Source of the DNA: Somniosus microcephalus
Taxonomy: Eukaryota
Length of the DNA: 64,000 bases
Direction: 5' to 3'
Assembly (NCBI GenBank): GCA_052327205.1
Contig: JBMRGM010000035.1
Span: forward strand, 13,702,001 to 13,766,000
The translations under genes and the position numbers were made by a program. Shown here piece by piece: positions 61,220-64,000 of this stretch. A model generated the notes under the pieces. It was not told where the DNA came from and did not search any database. It saw only the letters and a program-made list of their open reading frames with translations. Positions within the stretch are counted from its first letter, which is position 1. Every line of letters starts with the position of its first letter.

Positions 61220-62670
61220 TGTTATGTTCATTAATAAATAGACATTCTTATTATGAATACAGCTAGCTTTTGCTAGTTACTTTATTGAGCTCATGTGGAC
61301 TGGTACAGTATCTGTAGAGGCTTCGATCTTGACTGCTGCCTTGTGGGTAGCCTAGTGCCTCATGGGTAATGTAGTCTTAATATATATACAGCTGAGTAGT
61401 GTAGTCTTATATACAGCTCTACACAGCTCTACGGCTCCACCTAGTGTCCACTATAGAATGACATGTTATTGATCGTTACATCCCCCTTTCTTTGAGGTTT
61501 AACAAAATCAATATCAATCAACTTTCAAGAAAACAATAAAGATAATATCAGTAACACTTTTGTTAGTGCTCTATAAACATAAACATTTTCAAAACAGTCA
61601 GCCCTATTCAAAGCTTTACATTGTACTCAAAGATTAAGTCTATCAGGCTCTTTTACTTCACGTGTGGATCTTCTCAACACGGGTAAGTCTGATGTGTCTT
61701 CATGACATTGTTCTGGAGGTGAATGACAAGATGCAGTTGCGGCATTCTCATCAATCTGGTCTTGAATAGATCGAGGTCTCCTTGCAATCTTTGCTTGGAG
61801 AGGGTTTCAGTGTTTCCTTCACTCTTCATGCCATAACTCTCAATGGAGTCAATGCGCTCTCGAAAAACTGCTGGCAGCTGGATCCCATCATACAGCATAG
61901 TCCTCTCAGCAGCCTCGGCTAATGGAACACCAAAGATTGGCCTGAGGGGAGAATGAGTATCCTCCGGAACTGCTTCCTGCTCTGGTGCAGGCTTCTTCTT
62001 TTTCTTTTTCTCTTTCCACTGCTTAACAACATCTGCTGCGGTTATATCTTTGGACTTTTTCTCCTTGTGTTTTCCTCTTTGTGCTTTTCTTCCTTTGGCT
62101 TCTCTTTGAACTTAAAGTATTTTTCCTTCTTCTTGGAGAAACTAGGCTTTTTGAAGACATGGATACCTTTCGCCTTTTCATCCTTGATGGGCTCTCTGCT
62201 TCATCACCTGAGTCATCTGGTCTGCTTATGGCACAGTTTATACGGTAGTCTCTCTTGACCAGTTCTAAGTCTTCACAAGCTTTGTCACCTAGTATCGAAT
62301 CAAGTCGTTCAGCCACAACAGAAAACAAGAGATGATGCACTTTGTCTTTGACTGTCACTTTAAGTCTGCATACACCTAAGCTATCTATGTTCTGTCCATC
62401 ATAGCTCTTCAGTAGTACTGACTTTTTCTGTATTTTCGGCTTTTCTTTCTTATTTTTTATGTCACTCATACTGATTAAGTTTGCTTTTGCCCGAGTGTCC
62501 AGTATCAATGTAACTAATGCTCCATTTATCTGCAGTGGGATCATCCATTTGTCCACTTTTACTGCATTGACTTTATGTTCAGCATTGTACATTTCTGAGG
62601 GCTGCACATTTTCTGTATTTTTTTTGATATCGTCACATGACACCATTCCTACAAAAAATGTCTCACTTAA
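61220..62670 (-). mobile_element. Internally deleted Gypsy LTR retrotransposon (protease, captured host segment, integrase tail, PPT, 3' LTR)
   Basis: Protease LILDTRAKANLIS..SILGDKACEDLELVKR; ORF end LRRSTREVKEPDRLNL*; PPT AAGAAAGGGGGA at 61481-61492; TG..CA LTR at about 61220-61480. Confidence 0.8.
61815..62217 (-). pseudogene. RALBP1: Captured RALBP1 (RLIP76) coding fragment, two frameshifts
   Basis: Translates DDSGDEAESPSRMKR/KGIHVFKKPSFSKKKEKYFKFKEKPKEEKHKEE/HKEKKSKDITAADVVKQWKEKKKKKKP..LRPIFGVPLAEAAERTMLYDGIQLPAVFRERIDSIESYGMKSEG. This matches the recalled vertebrate RALBP1 N-terminal basic region and the start of its RhoGAP domain. Confidence 0.9.
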
Positions 62671-62672
62671 AT

Positions 62673-64000
62673 CATAAGAACATAAGAAATAGGAGCAGGA
62701 GTAGGCCAATCGGCCCCTCGAGCCTGCTCCGCCATTCAATAAGTAATGGCTGATCTGATCCTAACCGCCAATCCACTATCACAGAAACATCTCCTGAATC
62801 TAACAGAATTAGACACACGAAATAGGAGCAGTATCAGGCTACACGGCCCCTGGGCCCGCTCCGCGACCCACAGGGCCATGACCGATCCGAACCTAGACTC
62901 ATGTCCAAATTCCTGCCCGCTCCACGTAACCCTTAATTCCCTTTACTTCTAGGAAACTGTCTATTTCTGTTTTAAATTTATGTAATGATGTAGCTTCTAC
63001 AGCTTTTTGGGGCAGCATATTCCATGGACCTACCACCGTCTGAGTGAAGTAGTTCCTCCACATCTCAGTTTTGAAAGAGCAGCCCCTTATTCTAAGACTA
63101 TGCCCCCTAGTTCTAGTTTCACCCATCATCGGCAACATCTTCCCCGCATCCACCCGATCCACCCCCTTCACAATCTTATATGTTTCAATAAGATCGCCTC
63201 TCATTCTTCTGAACTCCAATGAGTAGAGTCCCAATCTACTCAACCTCTCCTCATATGTCCATCCTCTCATCCCCGGGATTAACCGAGTGAACCTTCTTTG
63301 TACTGGCTCGAGAGCAAGTATGTCCTTTCTTAAGTATGGACACCAAAACTGTACGCAGTATTCCAGGTGCGGTCTCACCAATACCTTGTACAACTGAAGC
63401 AATACATCCCTATTTTTATATTCTATTCCCCTAGCAATGAAATCCAACATTCCATTGGCCTTCTTAATCCTTTGCTGCACCTGCATACTAACCTTTTGAG
63501 TTTCGTGCATCAGGACCCCCAGATCCCTTTGTACTTCAGCACTTTCCAGTTTCTTGCCATTAAGATAATAACATGCTCTACGATTTTTCCTGCCAAAGTG
63601 CATAACCTCACACTTTCCAGTATTGTATTCCATCTGCCAAATCTCTGCCCACTTACTTAGCCTGTCGATGTCCCCTTGCAGGTTGTTTATGTCCTCCTCA
63701 ATCACTACTTTCCCTCCCATCTTAGTATCATCTGCAAACTTTGATATGTTACACTCGGTCCCCTCCTCCAAATCGTTAATATAGATTGTAAAGAGCTGGG
63801 GCCCCAGCACTGACCCCTGCGGAACACCACTAGTTACTGATTGCTAGTCTGCGAATGAACCATTTAACCCAACTCTCTGCCTTCTGTTAGATAGCCAATC
63901 CTCTATCCATGCCAGAATATTACCCTCAATCCCGTGGTTTTTTATCTTAAGCAATAATCTTTTGTGTGGCACCTTGTCAAATGCCTTTTGGAATTCTAAA
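62673..64000 (-). mobile_element. Young CR1 LINE 3' portion (RT C-terminus intact), runs off the window
   Basis: ORF 62899-63810 LGPQLFTIYINDL..KFADD..LVRPHLEYCVQFW; tail TTCTTATGTTCTTATG near 62675. Confidence 0.92.

Noticed and set aside
62023-62739. 238-aa ORF as a functional gene
   Set aside because: It is a chimera of a CR1 tail, a Gypsy protease with a mutated DTG (DTR) and mostly out-of-frame RALBP1. It is reported as a capture event instead.

Overview
This is a repeat-dense eukaryotic window, most likely from a shark or ray: it carries an HE1-type V-SINE, a Deu-domain SINE, many CR1, L2 and Penelope relics, and a GPR139-like receptor. Family names come from recalled motifs, not database searches. 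(1) At 1-13.3 kb, three minus-strand RTEX-like LINEs from two families sit head-to-tail inside one GA-rich minisatellite. One has an apparently intact ORF2, and the two truncated copies are flanked by long (about 300-400 bp) duplicated target blocks. (2) At 14-20.5 kb there are exon-like relics (possibly an Ig C1 domain), a tandem YY1-motif array and several G-rich minisatellites. (3) A two-exon, 332-aa GPR139/142-like class A GPCR lies on the minus strand (21945-22876 plus 28794-28860). (4) A two-LTR endogenous retrovirus at 45880-53863 has a tRNA-Ser PBS, gag, protease, an RT-deleted pol and an env whose layout resembles a paramyxovirus/baculovirus F protein (lokiretrovirus-like). A second, divergent relic of the same env type lies at 37.5-38.9 kb. 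(5) Three decaying tRNA genes lie on the + strand. (6) An internally deleted Gypsy element at 61220-62670 has captured about 400 bp of host RALBP1 coding sequence, in frame with its protease.
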